This document shows positions 17,813 through 27,156 of a DNA stretch of 45,664 bases, piece after piece. Within the stretch, counting starts at the first letter, position 1. Every line of letters starts with the position of its first letter. Source of the stretch: Thermodesulfobacteriota bacterium (GTDB taxonomy: Bacteria; Desulfobacterota_D; UBA1144; Nemesobacterales; N074bin48); contig JBFFSH010000013.1 of assembly GCA_041572575.1 (NCBI GenBank), forward strand, positions 1 through 45,664, read 5' to 3'. A model generated the notes under the pieces. That model ran no database searches, was not told the origin of the DNA, and was given only the letters and a program-made list of their open reading frames with translations. The position numbers and the translations under genes were made by a program.

Positions 17813-20395
17813 CTAACGCCTTGTCCTGAACTGACTAACACCGCTAGTAGTCTGCTCGGTTCCATCTTCAGAAGTTGCAACTATCTCAAAGTAGTAGCGT
17901 GTGCTTGACTGAAGTCCGCTAAGAAGCACCGTGTGGTTAGTATCTGTAACACCATCCGTGGCACTTTGTGACAGATTGTTATTGCTAGTACCATAATTTA
18001 CCACTACGGTCGAGGGGCCACTTATAGTAGACACTACCTCAGCAGATGATGAAGTCTTGTTTTGTACTCCGCTATCAATAATAGATAGGCTGCCTGATGG
18101 TGGAGGTGTTGGGGTTGGTGTTGGATCTCCGCCTCCTGAACTTCTGGAAGTTCTAAACTTCTTTGTGGTAGTTGTCTCAGATTGTCCGTCTGCAGAGTCC
18201 ACAACAATCTGATAGTGGTACCATGTGTTTGCGCTAAGACCCGTAAGATTTATTGTATGGTTTGTATCCGAGACACCGTCTGTTGCAGAGTTATTTAGTG
18301 AATTTTTGCTAAGTCCGTAATTTACCTGTGCATTTGTAGGAATATTTGTAGATACATTTACATCGGCTGATGAAGAAGTTTTATTTGTTAGGCCTGAGCT
18401 TGTGATTGCAAGCGGGGCCAGATTGTTAACCGTAACTGCGATGCTATCCTCACCCATGTTTGGTTCCAGATCATAAGCCCTAGCTGTGATTGCGCGCTGT
18501 CCGTTTGTAAACTGAGTGCTGTCGAATGTACATTGATAAGGGGTCTGAGTTAGTGAGGGGCAAACCTCTACCGCATCTACAAGCACTGTGACAAAATCCA
18601 CTGTTTCATTATCAGTAGCATTTACCTGTACTGTAACATCTCCCGAAACCTCATCACCATTAAGCGGAGAGGTAATCGATACATCCGGTGGTGTGATATC
18701 CGGAGGTAAATTATCCACATTAATGTTTGCGCTGTCAGATGCACTATTGTCGTTTGCATCATATGCCCATGCAGTTACTGTATGTGCTCCAAATGAATAC
18801 AGTGTAGAATCAATGTTGCAGCTGTATGAAGGCTGATCACCTGTAACTGTACAATAAGGAGTAGCTTCTGCATCCATATAAAACTCTACTCGGTCAATAC
18901 CCACATTGTCACTTGCATTTGCTATGGCGTTAAAGACTCCGGAGACGGTCTCTCCATCTGTTGGTAAGGTAATATTTACCGATGGAGGTGTTATATCAGA
19001 GCCTTCATCCAGTGAGACAATTACATTTGCATGATCAGCAGTACGGCTGTCATGTGTGATAGTAATATTTCTTGCAGCATCAGTAAAAGTATCTCCAACC
19101 GCAAGGTTTGCAACAAGATAAGAACGGGAGTTTGATGAACATTTTCTATGTACGCTTACCGTGTTGCAGTATTCAGTTCTTAAATTAGTATCAATTCCTT
19201 CGGGCTGTCTGTTTGAAACATAAAAATACTGTCCGTTTATATCCTGTAGAGGAATCCTTAGCATAAGAATTGGATCTGTAAGCGTGCCGGGGTCTCTATT
19301 TAGTGGATCGATTTGATAAGTACCTGAAGTCTGAGCTATAGGTTTTGCAGCAGTTGGAATCCATGAGTACTGATTTTTGTGAAATGCATTTACGTGAATA
19401 TTTCCATATGGATTTCCCAAATCACAGCTTCTGTCTCCGTATTCACTGTTTACTGTACAATCGTTATCAGTATCTGTTGAAGCATGGTGCATTCCATAAT
19501 TATGTAAAAGTTCGTGTGTCGGCAGAACCGGCCAGTTGAGAGAGCTGCCGTCATAAAATGAATGGCATGATGAAGAACTGCACCCAATATGCGCATATCC
19601 GTCCCAACCGCATGATAGCTCCGGAGGAAGTATGAATGCCTTGTGCTGATATGCATCAACATTTACCCCAGCATCACGGGCTGAGTTCATAACGGCATTA
19701 CCCATAGATACAAGGTTTGAAAAAGCACATGGATTTGATGGAACCGGAACTGAATAAGGACCGAATACGTCATTATTTGTATCGTTATTAAGATCGCAGT
19801 TAAGACCGAGCTGATTGTATGAGCTGTCTCTCCAGACTACATCTGTTGAATCTGATGCATCACACATATTATTCATCATCGGATCAGGGTTTGCTACCGT
19901 GTAACCTGTACCCCAATCTACAAGAAATGTGATTACCGTCCTCATTTCAGAAGGATCGCCTGCTGCCTGTGCTGATGGGCCGTCTGCAATCTGTTCTGTA
20001 TTTTCTGTTCCGTCTGCCTGAGAATTAGGGATAATCCCTATTATATTTGCAAAAGCAGATTGAGCCTGTGGGGGAAGATTTTCTATATTGGGATTTTTGG
20101 TAAGTACGATGCTGGATTTACCACTTAGTGAACCGCCGGTTTTAATTTTGACCTTGTCACCTGTAATAAGATCAGAATATCTGTTATCAGGTTCATTTTT
20201 AGAATTTTTTAGTTTGTAAACACCCTTACCAGGAATGATAATGCTCTTGTCCTCCTGAATAAAAGAGTCAAAGTCCTCTGCAATATATGCTTCAACCTCA
20301 CCCGTTAAGACCTTCGAGGCTGATAATGGGTTTGATGCAAAAATAACGCTAAGTAGCATAAGCGCTATAAAGCTAAAAAATAAATTGGTTTTCAT
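17813..20395 (-). CDS. secreted multidomain zinc metalloprotease (metzincin-type HExxHxxGxxH, M66/StcE-like) with Ig-like and two C-terminal fibronectin-III domains
   Basis: Signal peptide MKTNLFFSFIALMLLSVIFASNPLSA. Motif HELLHNYGMHH. Repeated about 90-aa beta modules. PT linker (GGGDPTPTPTPPPSG). Two FN3-like repeats (TNHTINLTGLSANTWYHYQIVV..., TNHTVLLSGLQSSTRYYFEIVA...). Confidence 0.7.
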   Translation of the reverse strand: MKTNLFFSFIALMLLSVIFASNPLSASKVLTGEVEAYIAEDFDSFIQEDKSIIIPGKGVYKLKNSKNEPDNRYSDLITGDKVKIKTGGSLSGKSSIVLTKNPNIENLPPQAQSAFANIIGIIPNSQADGTENTEQIADGPSAQAAGDPSEMRTVITFLVDWGTGYTVANPDPMMNNMCDASDSTDVVWRDSSYNQLGLNCDLNNDTNNDVFGPYSVPVPSNPCAFSNLVSMGNAVMNSARDAGVNVDAYQHKAFILPPELSCGWDGYAHIGCSSSSCHSFYDGSSLNWPVLPTHELLHNYGMHHASTDTDNDCTVNSEYGDRSCDLGNPYGNIHVNAFHKNQYSWIPTAAKPIAQTSGTYQIDPLNRDPGTLTDPILMLRIPLQDINGQYFYVSNRQPEGIDTNLRTEYCNTVSVHRKCSSNSRSYLVANLAVGDTFTDAARNITITHDSRTADHANVIVSLDEGSDITPPSVNITLPTDGETVSGVFNAIANASDNVGIDRVEFYMDAEATPYCTVTGDQPSYSCNIDSTLYSFGAHTVTAWAYDANDNSASDSANINVDNLPPDITPPDVSITSPLNGDEVSGDVTVQVNATDNETVDFVTVLVDAVEVCPSLTQTPYQCTFDSTQFTNGQRAITARAYDLEPNMGEDSIAVTVNNLAPLAITSSGLTNKTSSSADVNVSTNIPTNAQVNYGLSKNSLNNSATDGVSDTNHTINLTGLSANTWYHYQIVVDSADGQSETTTTKKFRTSRSSGGGDPTPTPTPPPSGSLSIIDSGVQNKTSSSAEVVSTISGPSTVVVNYGTSNNNLSQSATDGVTDTNHTVLLSGLQSSTRYYFEIVATSEDGTEQTTSGVSQFRTRR

Positions 20396-20580
20396 CTCAA
20401 TCCTCCTTTAATTATAAACAAAACTTCAACAATCAGATTAATACTTTAGTTATAGCTTAGTGAACTCAACTAAACCTTTAATCGTATAGCGAATTATACT
20501 ATCGTCTTATCTAATAGCAAAGTCTTATTTCTAAAAGTGTCGTATTTGCTGGCAATTACAACTACCATGTATATAAGCAA

Positions 20581-20609
20581 GTATTATGCCATCTAAATAG
20601 GCATAATAC
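20581..20609. repeat. perfect 10-bp inverted repeat GTATTATGCC-N9-GGCATAATAC in the 328-bp intergenic region between the DUF805 gene and the protease gene
   Basis: Seen directly. On the minus strand it is followed by TTGCTTATATA, so either a weak terminator for the upstream operon or an operator for the protease promoter. Confidence 0.4.
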
Positions 20610-20723
20610 TCCGGCATTAAGGGAAATTAAACCCGAAGATTTTTCGGTAGTTAGGGAATTAATTTACTCTCAAGAATTTTTGAAGTATGTAGAGAGAATT
20701 GGGTCTTATAAAAACCACTGCGT

Positions 20724-21107
20724 TTATGTGATATTAACACCTGCTGACTCACCCTTTGGATTAGGCCCATATTGGTTTTGACCTGGATCACTGTCTTTTA
20801 CAAGATAATAAAGCAGCAATATTCCTCCTATGAAAGGCACAAATAGTATAAGCAACCACCAACCACTTTTGCCTACATCATGTACCCTACGAATGGAAAC
20901 TGCTATGTTGGGTATTAATGTAGCAAGAATATATAATCCACCAATCACACCTGGTCCTTCGTCTTTTAGTAATCCTAATTGGGAATCAATAAAAGTAAGC
21001 ACAAAACATACTATTATATGAATAAGAGAAAATATCCAATATTCCTTACGTCTAGCCCTACCACCAAATACAGCATATTTCTTTAAAACTTCAATATACC
21101 AATTCAT
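20724..21107 (-). CDS. DUF805 family inner-membrane protein (YhaH-like)
   Basis: MNWYIEVLKKYAVFGGRARRKEYWIFSL closely parallels the E. coli YhaH N-terminus, and the same TM architecture follows. Confidence 0.8.
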   Translation of the reverse strand: MNWYIEVLKKYAVFGGRARRKEYWIFSLIHIIVCFVLTFIDSQLGLLKDEGPGVIGGLYILATLIPNIAVSIRRVHDVGKSGWWLLILFVPFIGGILLLYYLVKDSDPGQNQYGPNPKGESAGVNIT

Positions 21108-21190
21108 ATTCCCCTCCTATTATCTTTACGAAACTATCATAAAGATTAGATCTATATTTTGAGTAATAGCTGGTGTCATGTCAAATAATG

Positions 21191-22429
21191 TTAACTATCT
21201 GAATCAACAACTTCAAATTTAGGAATTTGGTCATCCTCATCATCAGAAGAAGGAAGGCCTTTTTGTTTTCTTATGCCTTCAATTTTATTAAGTGGTCTTT
21301 CGACTGCTCGTTTTCTTGTGGTAGTTAATACCTCATATTCTTTTTGAACAGCGTCTATGCGTTGGCCGAGGGTATCGAACTTAGCAACGAAAGCATCCCA
21401 CTGTTTTTTAAATGCACCAAACTGAACCAGCATTTCCTTTGAGGTCTGCTCGAGGGCAAAGTTGTCTATTGCCTGTCTTATGATTGCTAGAACGGCAAAG
21501 AAGTTTACAGGTGAGCATAGCAGAACCTTATTCTGAATTGCCGTATCAAAAATAGCCGAATCCTCTTCCTGTATAAATGAATATATCTGCTCGTTTGGGA
21601 TAAAGAGAATCACATAATCAACCGTATTACTTTCAGGGCTTATATAATCCTTGGTCGTAACTTCCTTAAGCCTTAATTTAACATCATTTAAAAACGTCTT
21701 TCTATAACCTTCCTTATCCCTTTCAGACTGTGCCTCAAGATAATTTACAAAGTTATTAAGTGGAAACTTAACATCCATATTTATTGTTAAGTCCTTTGGA
21801 AGCATAAATGTAAAGTCCGGTCTCTGCGTAGAGCCTTCAAGCGTTTTCTGCTTCACATAGTTTATATTCTCAACAAACCCTGCAAGCCTGAGCACGTCCT
21901 CTGCCATCCTCTCTCCCCACTGCCCTCTCGTTTTAGTGCTGGCAAGAGCCTCACGGATGCTCCCGGTGGTTTTCATGAGTTCACTTGTCTGCTGATTTGT
22001 GATACGAAGCTGGTTTGAAAGCTGGCCAAACTTTTCCACCCTGTCCTTCTCAAGTTCTTTCATAAGAGTGGAGACCTTTTCTAGCTCGCCTGTCATTTTT
22101 CCAAGCTGCTGATCTATTAATCCCTTCTTAGTCTCAAGCTCCTGTTTAGTAAATTCTCTTTCGGGTTCAAGAGTGGACTTAGCAAGAGCAAGGAACTGCT
22201 CTGTTGATTTAGAAAGGGCTTCTAAAGACATACTGCCAAAGCTCTCTTTCATGTTCGAGATGACCTGATCTATATTCTCCTGTCTCTTACTCTCATTTTC
22301 ACTGAATATCTCCTCGGCAAGCTCCTTTGCATTCTTGCCCTGCATTATTTCAAGAAGATAAGATACAGCTACCCCTATCACGATTCCGATTATAAGTACA
22401 GCTATGTATATTAATGCAGATTCGGGCAT
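21191..22429 (-). CDS. rmuC: DNA recombination protein RmuC
   Basis: N-terminal TM, long coiled coil, and C-terminal RmuC nuclease-like domain (ILFIPNEQIYSF...). 412 aa. Confidence 0.75.
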   Translation of the reverse strand: MPESALIYIAVLIIGIVIGVAVSYLLEIMQGKNAKELAEEIFSENESKRQENIDQVISNMKESFGSMSLEALSKSTEQFLALAKSTLEPEREFTKQELETKKGLIDQQLGKMTGELEKVSTLMKELEKDRVEKFGQLSNQLRITNQQTSELMKTTGSIREALASTKTRGQWGERMAEDVLRLAGFVENINYVKQKTLEGSTQRPDFTFMLPKDLTINMDVKFPLNNFVNYLEAQSERDKEGYRKTFLNDVKLRLKEVTTKDYISPESNTVDYVILFIPNEQIYSFIQEEDSAIFDTAIQNKVLLCSPVNFFAVLAIIRQAIDNFALEQTSKEMLVQFGAFKKQWDAFVAKFDTLGQRIDAVQKEYEVLTTTRKRAVERPLNKIEGIRKQKGLPSSDDEDDQIPKFEVVDSDS

Positions 22430-22465
22430 ATTCTGTTTAATTAATATTTATATATATTTTTATAA

Positions 22466-23002
22466 CTACTTCATTATGGGTATATCAAAAATACTTGATA
22501 GGAATAATATAAAAAAAGCCTGTATTATCCATCCTATTATACAAACACCTACTGCACGCAGGGTACTATCATAGTCAAGCGCCTGCCTTACTGCTATAAT
22601 CATAGTTACAAGCATCCAGACTACAGCAATAGAAGTAATTATGCCACCTACAACAGGAATAAAATAAAATGCTCTAAGCACTCCTGGAGAAGAAGAGAAA
22701 CCAATAGTTCTCAGAAGCTCCCCATGATCTGCTTTAGTCTGTGGCTGCGGCAATAACTTTGTGCCGATTATATAAGTAATATATGCCCATATAAACCATC
22801 CGGCCAAAGACAAGATAATAAAAATAACAATGCCAGATAAATCAAGTTCTCCGAACCTTCCAAGTCCTGCGGCAAGACTTGAGATAATTACAACAACAAC
22901 TGCCTGGGTCATAGTAGATTTATCTGCTTCTACCTCTTCATACAGGTCCACATCAAGCTTAGCCGCTCTTATCATTCTCTCAACAAGTTTATCCATTCTC
23001 AT
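22466..23002 (-). CDS. Yip1-domain integral membrane protein
   Basis: 178 aa. Short cytoplasmic N-terminus followed by 5 hydrophobic helices, in the Yip1/DUF1282-like pattern. 4-nt overlap with the upstream M48 gene. Confidence 0.6.
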   Translation of the reverse strand: MRMDKLVERMIRAAKLDVDLYEEVEADKSTMTQAVVVVIISSLAAGLGRFGELDLSGIVIFIILSLAGWFIWAYITYIIGTKLLPQPQTKADHGELLRTIGFSSSPGVLRAFYFIPVVGGIITSIAVVWMLVTMIIAVRQALDYDSTLRAVGVCIIGWIIQAFFILFLSSIFDIPIMK

Positions 23003-24156
23003 TTGTCCTCTTCGCTCATTTTAACATCTTGCTGCTCTTTTGTCTCTTGGCACAACATCTTTGTCTTTTCCCAGTCGACATTGGGTAGTAGTTTTTCTGA
23101 TTCTATTTGTTTTTGGGCAATCATCGTATTTAATTTCTCTATCCTGTTTTCTGTGTTGGGATGAGTAGACAAATACTCCGAAACCTCTGTTGTACCATCA
23201 TACTCCTTTTTCATTATTTCAAAAAAATCAACCATCCCTTTTGGATCAATGCCGGCTTTAATAAGCATTTTCATTCCTTCAGCATCTGATGATGACTCCT
23301 CCGATCTTTTATAAGCAAGGCTTCTTAGCATATTGGCATAATTCAGAGCTGTGCCTACCACCTGAGAATCACCTATCATCAAGCCAAGAAAAATACCGAT
23401 TGAAAGTTCTTTAATCAGTATTTTTGTAAAATGTCTTTGCTCAATATGTTGTATTTCATGAGCAACCACTCCAGCAACCTCTTCTGGTCTGTTGGACTTT
23501 TCTATAAGCCCCCGGAAAAGTATGATCTCTCCTCCAGGCAGGGCAAATGCATTTACAAGTGAATTATTAACAATTGTAATGTTGTATTTATATTTACTAC
23601 TGTCTAATGTGGCACCAAGTCTGTCTTTAATCTTATCAATTTGAGTATTTAGTCGTTCATCTTCACATACACCAAATCCTTTACTTATCTGTGAAATAAA
23701 AGATTTGCCGATCTTTTCCTCCCAGGTAACAGGAAACTTTTCAACCATTATATTCATCAGCGGTGGCACTATCCATTTGTGCAGGAGTACTGCTGATATA
23801 AAAAGTGCGATGAAAACATAAGCAACAGTCTTAATCCTTTTATCAGATCCATGTCTGCTAAAATTTCTGCCAAACTGAGGGGATATACTTCTTAGCGAAC
23901 CGATAAAACTCTTATCTCTGATTATAAGTATTTCCGGCAACTCCTGCCCATATTGCAGTCTAACCTCATTTTCAGAATATATATCTTTAACCTGTGTTAT
24001 TCGAGGATACAGCCACGTTATAGTATTGCTAAAAGTATCAGCATCAATCCTGAGACTGTCTCTTGTAAGAGTAACTTCTACATCATGACGCCTTGCTGAC
24101 CTTCCGTCATAATAAAGACCTTGAAATTGAAGCTTATAAGAACTATCAGGGGACAT
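22999..24156 (-). CDS. M48-family zinc metallopeptidase with an about 110-aa N-terminal cytoplasmic domain and one TM
   Basis: HEIQHIEQRH (HExxH) preceded by LPGGEIILFRGL, and a third-ligand glutamate region SSSDAEGMKML. N-terminal domain YKLQFQGLYYDGRSARRHDVEVTL.. is of unknown function. Confidence 0.8.
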   Translation of the reverse strand: MSPDSSYKLQFQGLYYDGRSARRHDVEVTLTRDSLRIDADTFSNTITWLYPRITQVKDIYSENEVRLQYGQELPEILIIRDKSFIGSLRSISPQFGRNFSRHGSDKRIKTVAYVFIALFISAVLLHKWIVPPLMNIMVEKFPVTWEEKIGKSFISQISKGFGVCEDERLNTQIDKIKDRLGATLDSSKYKYNITIVNNSLVNAFALPGGEIILFRGLIEKSNRPEEVAGVVAHEIQHIEQRHFTKILIKELSIGIFLGLMIGDSQVVGTALNYANMLRSLAYKRSEESSSDAEGMKMLIKAGIDPKGMVDFFEIMKKEYDGTTEVSEYLSTHPNTENRIEKLNTMIAQKQIESEKLLPNVDWEKTKMLCQETKEQQDVKMSEEDK

Positions 24157-24165
24157 ATTTATATA

Positions 24166-25782
24166 TTATATGCCAAGATCCATACCAACCAAATCAATAT
24201 CGAGAAAACTGGCAACTTCCTCGCCAAGCGCTGTTGGAGTTCTGGCATCCTGCTGTATGGCTATAAGATCCAAATCACCCTGAAGGCTCAGGCGATCCAG
24301 CAAGAACTTTATATTTCGTATCTGTACATAAGGATATGCAATACCAAGTGTAAATATGAGCAGAATATAGTTTACTATCTGTAATTTAACATAATCTTTT
24401 TCTTCAATATTCAGATTAAACCTGGCAGATACAAATTTGGTATGATTCCAGTAGTGGTTGTGTCTTTGAGCGAGGAACTTAAGAAAGAATATACCCCAAA
24501 TTATAAATAACACGAAGTAGCCGATATCCAGGATATCGGTACCAATCGTGGGCATAAATACTGTTAGTAGCTGATGAGCGCCAGATATTAGTATTGCTAC
24601 TAACCATAATTTTGTATATCTGCTGTAGAAATCATTTATGTTACCGTCAAACTCAAACTTTGTGTCTCCAAAGTAGATATTATTTATCAGATATTCTCTG
24701 GTCCTATAGTGAAAACTGTAATAATAAAATCCTGCAGTTAATGAAGTAAGAAAAAACCCTTTAACATATAGTTTTAGAAACTCCTTTGTATTACCTCTAA
24801 ACGAAAACCTTACTCCGCGCCATGAAGTCCTGCTGTACCTGTATTTGACTGTAAACAATATGGCAAGTGGAATTAACAAAACAATCACAATATATATGAA
24901 TATTCCACCTAATATCTTTGCAATTACACCTGGCACCAGATACATAATTGCAAAGGCCGAACCTATCACAACCCCTATGGCTAATATGGCCTTTATAAAA
25001 CCCAGGAATAACTCGAGCCCGGTACCATGAAATTCAAATCTGTCCCCATCAAGATCCGCCTGAGAGTAGAGATACCTTGCGGCTCTTATTTTCCCCCAGA
25101 AGAAATAAATAAGCAGAGTTGGTATCATAAGCAGGATATTTACGATATATATGCCCAATAGCGTAGTACCGTTGCCAAAGAAATTAATTCTTCTATAAGA
25201 GCCGACTCCACTAGAAACATTACCAGTACTCCCGGCGTCCCCAGGCGCAATGCCTTCAGTATTTATAGAAGAACGAACCTGCGCAGCGGGTGTTTGCAAA
25301 TTAGGGTTTGTCATCTGTATTGGGGTTTCTGTAACATCTAAAATCTGTGTTGAGTCGCCGCCTTTATAACGTTTTCTAATAGCCTCACTCGCTTTTAGCA
25401 TTTCAGCTTTTTGTTTTGCAACAAGACTCTCCGAATCAATTATTTGCGTGGCATCTGAATCAGCTCTGGTATCAATGGATTGTTTCGCTTTTTGCATTTC
25501 GGCTTGCTGTTTAGCCATCAGATCACTTGTATCTAGAATCTGAGTAGCATCTTCAGATACTCTTTTTGTAGCAGCACTGTCCGCAGGGGCTGGACGAGAA
25601 GTTTTTTCTATAAACTTTCTGCGTTTTTCGGTTAATTTTGCAGACTCTACATTTTTTTTATAAAGAGGAGTCGCTACAGGTTGAGAAGACATGAGGTTGT
25701 AACCGCACCTGCAAGTCTTCCAACTACCTGGCACTATAGCATTACAGTTTGGACATTTCACTTCCTTCTCTCCATATATCAA
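24166..25782 (-). CDS. DUF898 (YjgN-like) polytopic membrane protein fused to an N-terminal zinc ribbon and a 3x repeated helical motif
   Basis: CPNCNAIVPGSWKTCRCG zinc ribbon. Three copies of ATQI[LI]D..[DS]L[MV]AKQ[QK]AEM[QL]KA (aa 78..151). Two DUF898 repeats (LGIYIVNILLMIPTLLIYFFWGKIR / LQIVNYILLIFTLGIAYPYVQIR). 9-nt gap to the M48 gene. Confidence 0.7.
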   Translation of the reverse strand: MIYGEKEVKCPNCNAIVPGSWKTCRCGYNLMSSQPVATPLYKKNVESAKLTEKRRKFIEKTSRPAPADSAATKRVSEDATQILDTSDLMAKQQAEMQKAKQSIDTRADSDATQIIDSESLVAKQKAEMLKASEAIRKRYKGGDSTQILDVTETPIQMTNPNLQTPAAQVRSSINTEGIAPGDAGSTGNVSSGVGSYRRINFFGNGTTLLGIYIVNILLMIPTLLIYFFWGKIRAARYLYSQADLDGDRFEFHGTGLELFLGFIKAILAIGVVIGSAFAIMYLVPGVIAKILGGIFIYIVIVLLIPLAILFTVKYRYSRTSWRGVRFSFRGNTKEFLKLYVKGFFLTSLTAGFYYYSFHYRTREYLINNIYFGDTKFEFDGNINDFYSRYTKLWLVAILISGAHQLLTVFMPTIGTDILDIGYFVLFIIWGIFFLKFLAQRHNHYWNHTKFVSARFNLNIEEKDYVKLQIVNYILLIFTLGIAYPYVQIRNIKFLLDRLSLQGDLDLIAIQQDARTPTALGEEVASFLDIDLVGMDLGI

Positions 25783-25927
25783 ATGTGACTCTTAACATTT
25801 TAATACTTAATTGATACATTTATCAAGTAGAATTAATTAATTTATAATAAACCGATCAAAATAGTTTAAAAAAGACTACACTTTTATATAATACAAATCT
25901 TAAATTTAACTATAATCATCAAAAATA

Positions 25928-27148
25928 ATGGAATTAATAAATCTTATCTCAATTATCATCTCCGTATCAGCTGCGTTTAGCTACATTAACTACAGATTCA
26001 TAAAACTTCCCACGACCATTGGGGTATTAGTAATAGCCATTATATGCTCGCTTGGATTAATCGCTCTTAGCAGTCTTGGATTTATTGAGTTTGAGAAAAA
26101 TGCCAAACTCATAATATCGAGCATTGATTTTGATAAAACCCTTCTCCATGGAATGCTAAGCTTTTTGCTCTTTGCAGGCGCACTTCATGTAAACATAAAC
26201 GACCTTGCTAAACAAAAATGGGTTATCAGCACCCTTGCAAGCATAGGTGTAATATCATCTACGTTTTTAATAGGCACACTGACGTGGTTAATATTAAGCT
26301 TTTTAAATATAAATCTGGATTTTATTTATTGCATAGTCTTTGGAGCTCTTATTTCCCCCACTGATCCCATTGCAGTTCTGGGTATTCTAAAAAAAGCGGG
26401 TATTCCTAAATCACTTGAAACCAAAGTAGTGGGTGAATCCCTTTTTAATGATGGAATGGGGGTAGTTATATTTCTGGTTTTATATGAAATAGCCTTTTCA
26501 GGGCATACGTTTGATCCATCTAACGCACTGGTTCTATTTCTTACTGAAGCCGTGGGAGGAGCGGTGTTTGGTTTTGCCGCCGGATGGGTAGTTTACAAAC
26601 TGATGCACTCGGTAGACAATTATCATGTAGAAATCCTCCTTACGCTTGCTCTTGTAATGGGCGGGTATTCACTTGCCATGTACCTTCATCTTTCAGGCCC
26701 TATTGCTATAGTGGTTGCGGGTCTTCTTATAGGAAACAGGGGGCGCATTCTTGCAATGTCTGACAATACAAGAGAAAATCTGGATACATTCTGGGAGCTT
26801 ATAGATGAAATTTTAAATGTAATATTATTTGTGCTTATAGGGCTTGAGATTTTAATACTGAGTTTTTCCAAGAGCTACATTTATGCATCACTTCTAATTA
26901 TTCCCGTGATACTGCTTTGCAGATTTATAGTAGTATATATTCCCGTTAGTATCCTTAAGTACCTTAGAGATTTTAGCCCAAACGCGGTTAAAATCATGAC
27001 TTGGGGAGCACTTAGGGGAGGAATTTCCGTTGCGCTTGCGCTTTCTATTCCCGCTGGAGAACAAAGGGAAATCATAGTTTCAATTACGTATATCGTAGTA
27101 GTATTTTCAATCGTAATTCAGGGACTTACTATAAGCAAGTTAACTTAA
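25928..27148 (+). CDS. Na+/H+ antiporter, CPA1 (NhaP-type)
   Basis: 406 aa with 11-12 TM helices and the conserved FNDG-containing segment (ESLFNDGMGVVIF). Confidence 0.85.
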   Translation: MELINLISIIISVSAAFSYINYRFIKLPTTIGVLVIAIICSLGLIALSSLGFIEFEKNAKLIISSIDFDKTLLHGMLSFLLFAGALHVNINDLAKQKWVISTLASIGVISSTFLIGTLTWLILSFLNINLDFIYCIVFGALISPTDPIAVLGILKKAGIPKSLETKVVGESLFNDGMGVVIFLVLYEIAFSGHTFDPSNALVLFLTEAVGGAVFGFAAGWVVYKLMHSVDNYHVEILLTLALVMGGYSLAMYLHLSGPIAIVVAGLLIGNRGRILAMSDNTRENLDTFWELIDEILNVILFVLIGLEILILSFSKSYIYASLLIIPVILLCRFIVVYIPVSILKYLRDFSPNAVKIMTWGALRGGISVALALSIPAGEQREIIVSITYIVVVFSIVIQGLTISKLT

Positions 27149-27156
27149 TAAATCTC

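Noticed and set aside
24121-24384. 87-aa plus-strand ORF spanning the M48/DUF898 junction
   Set aside because: Antisense to two tightly coupled minus-strand genes. AT-rich low-complexity product.
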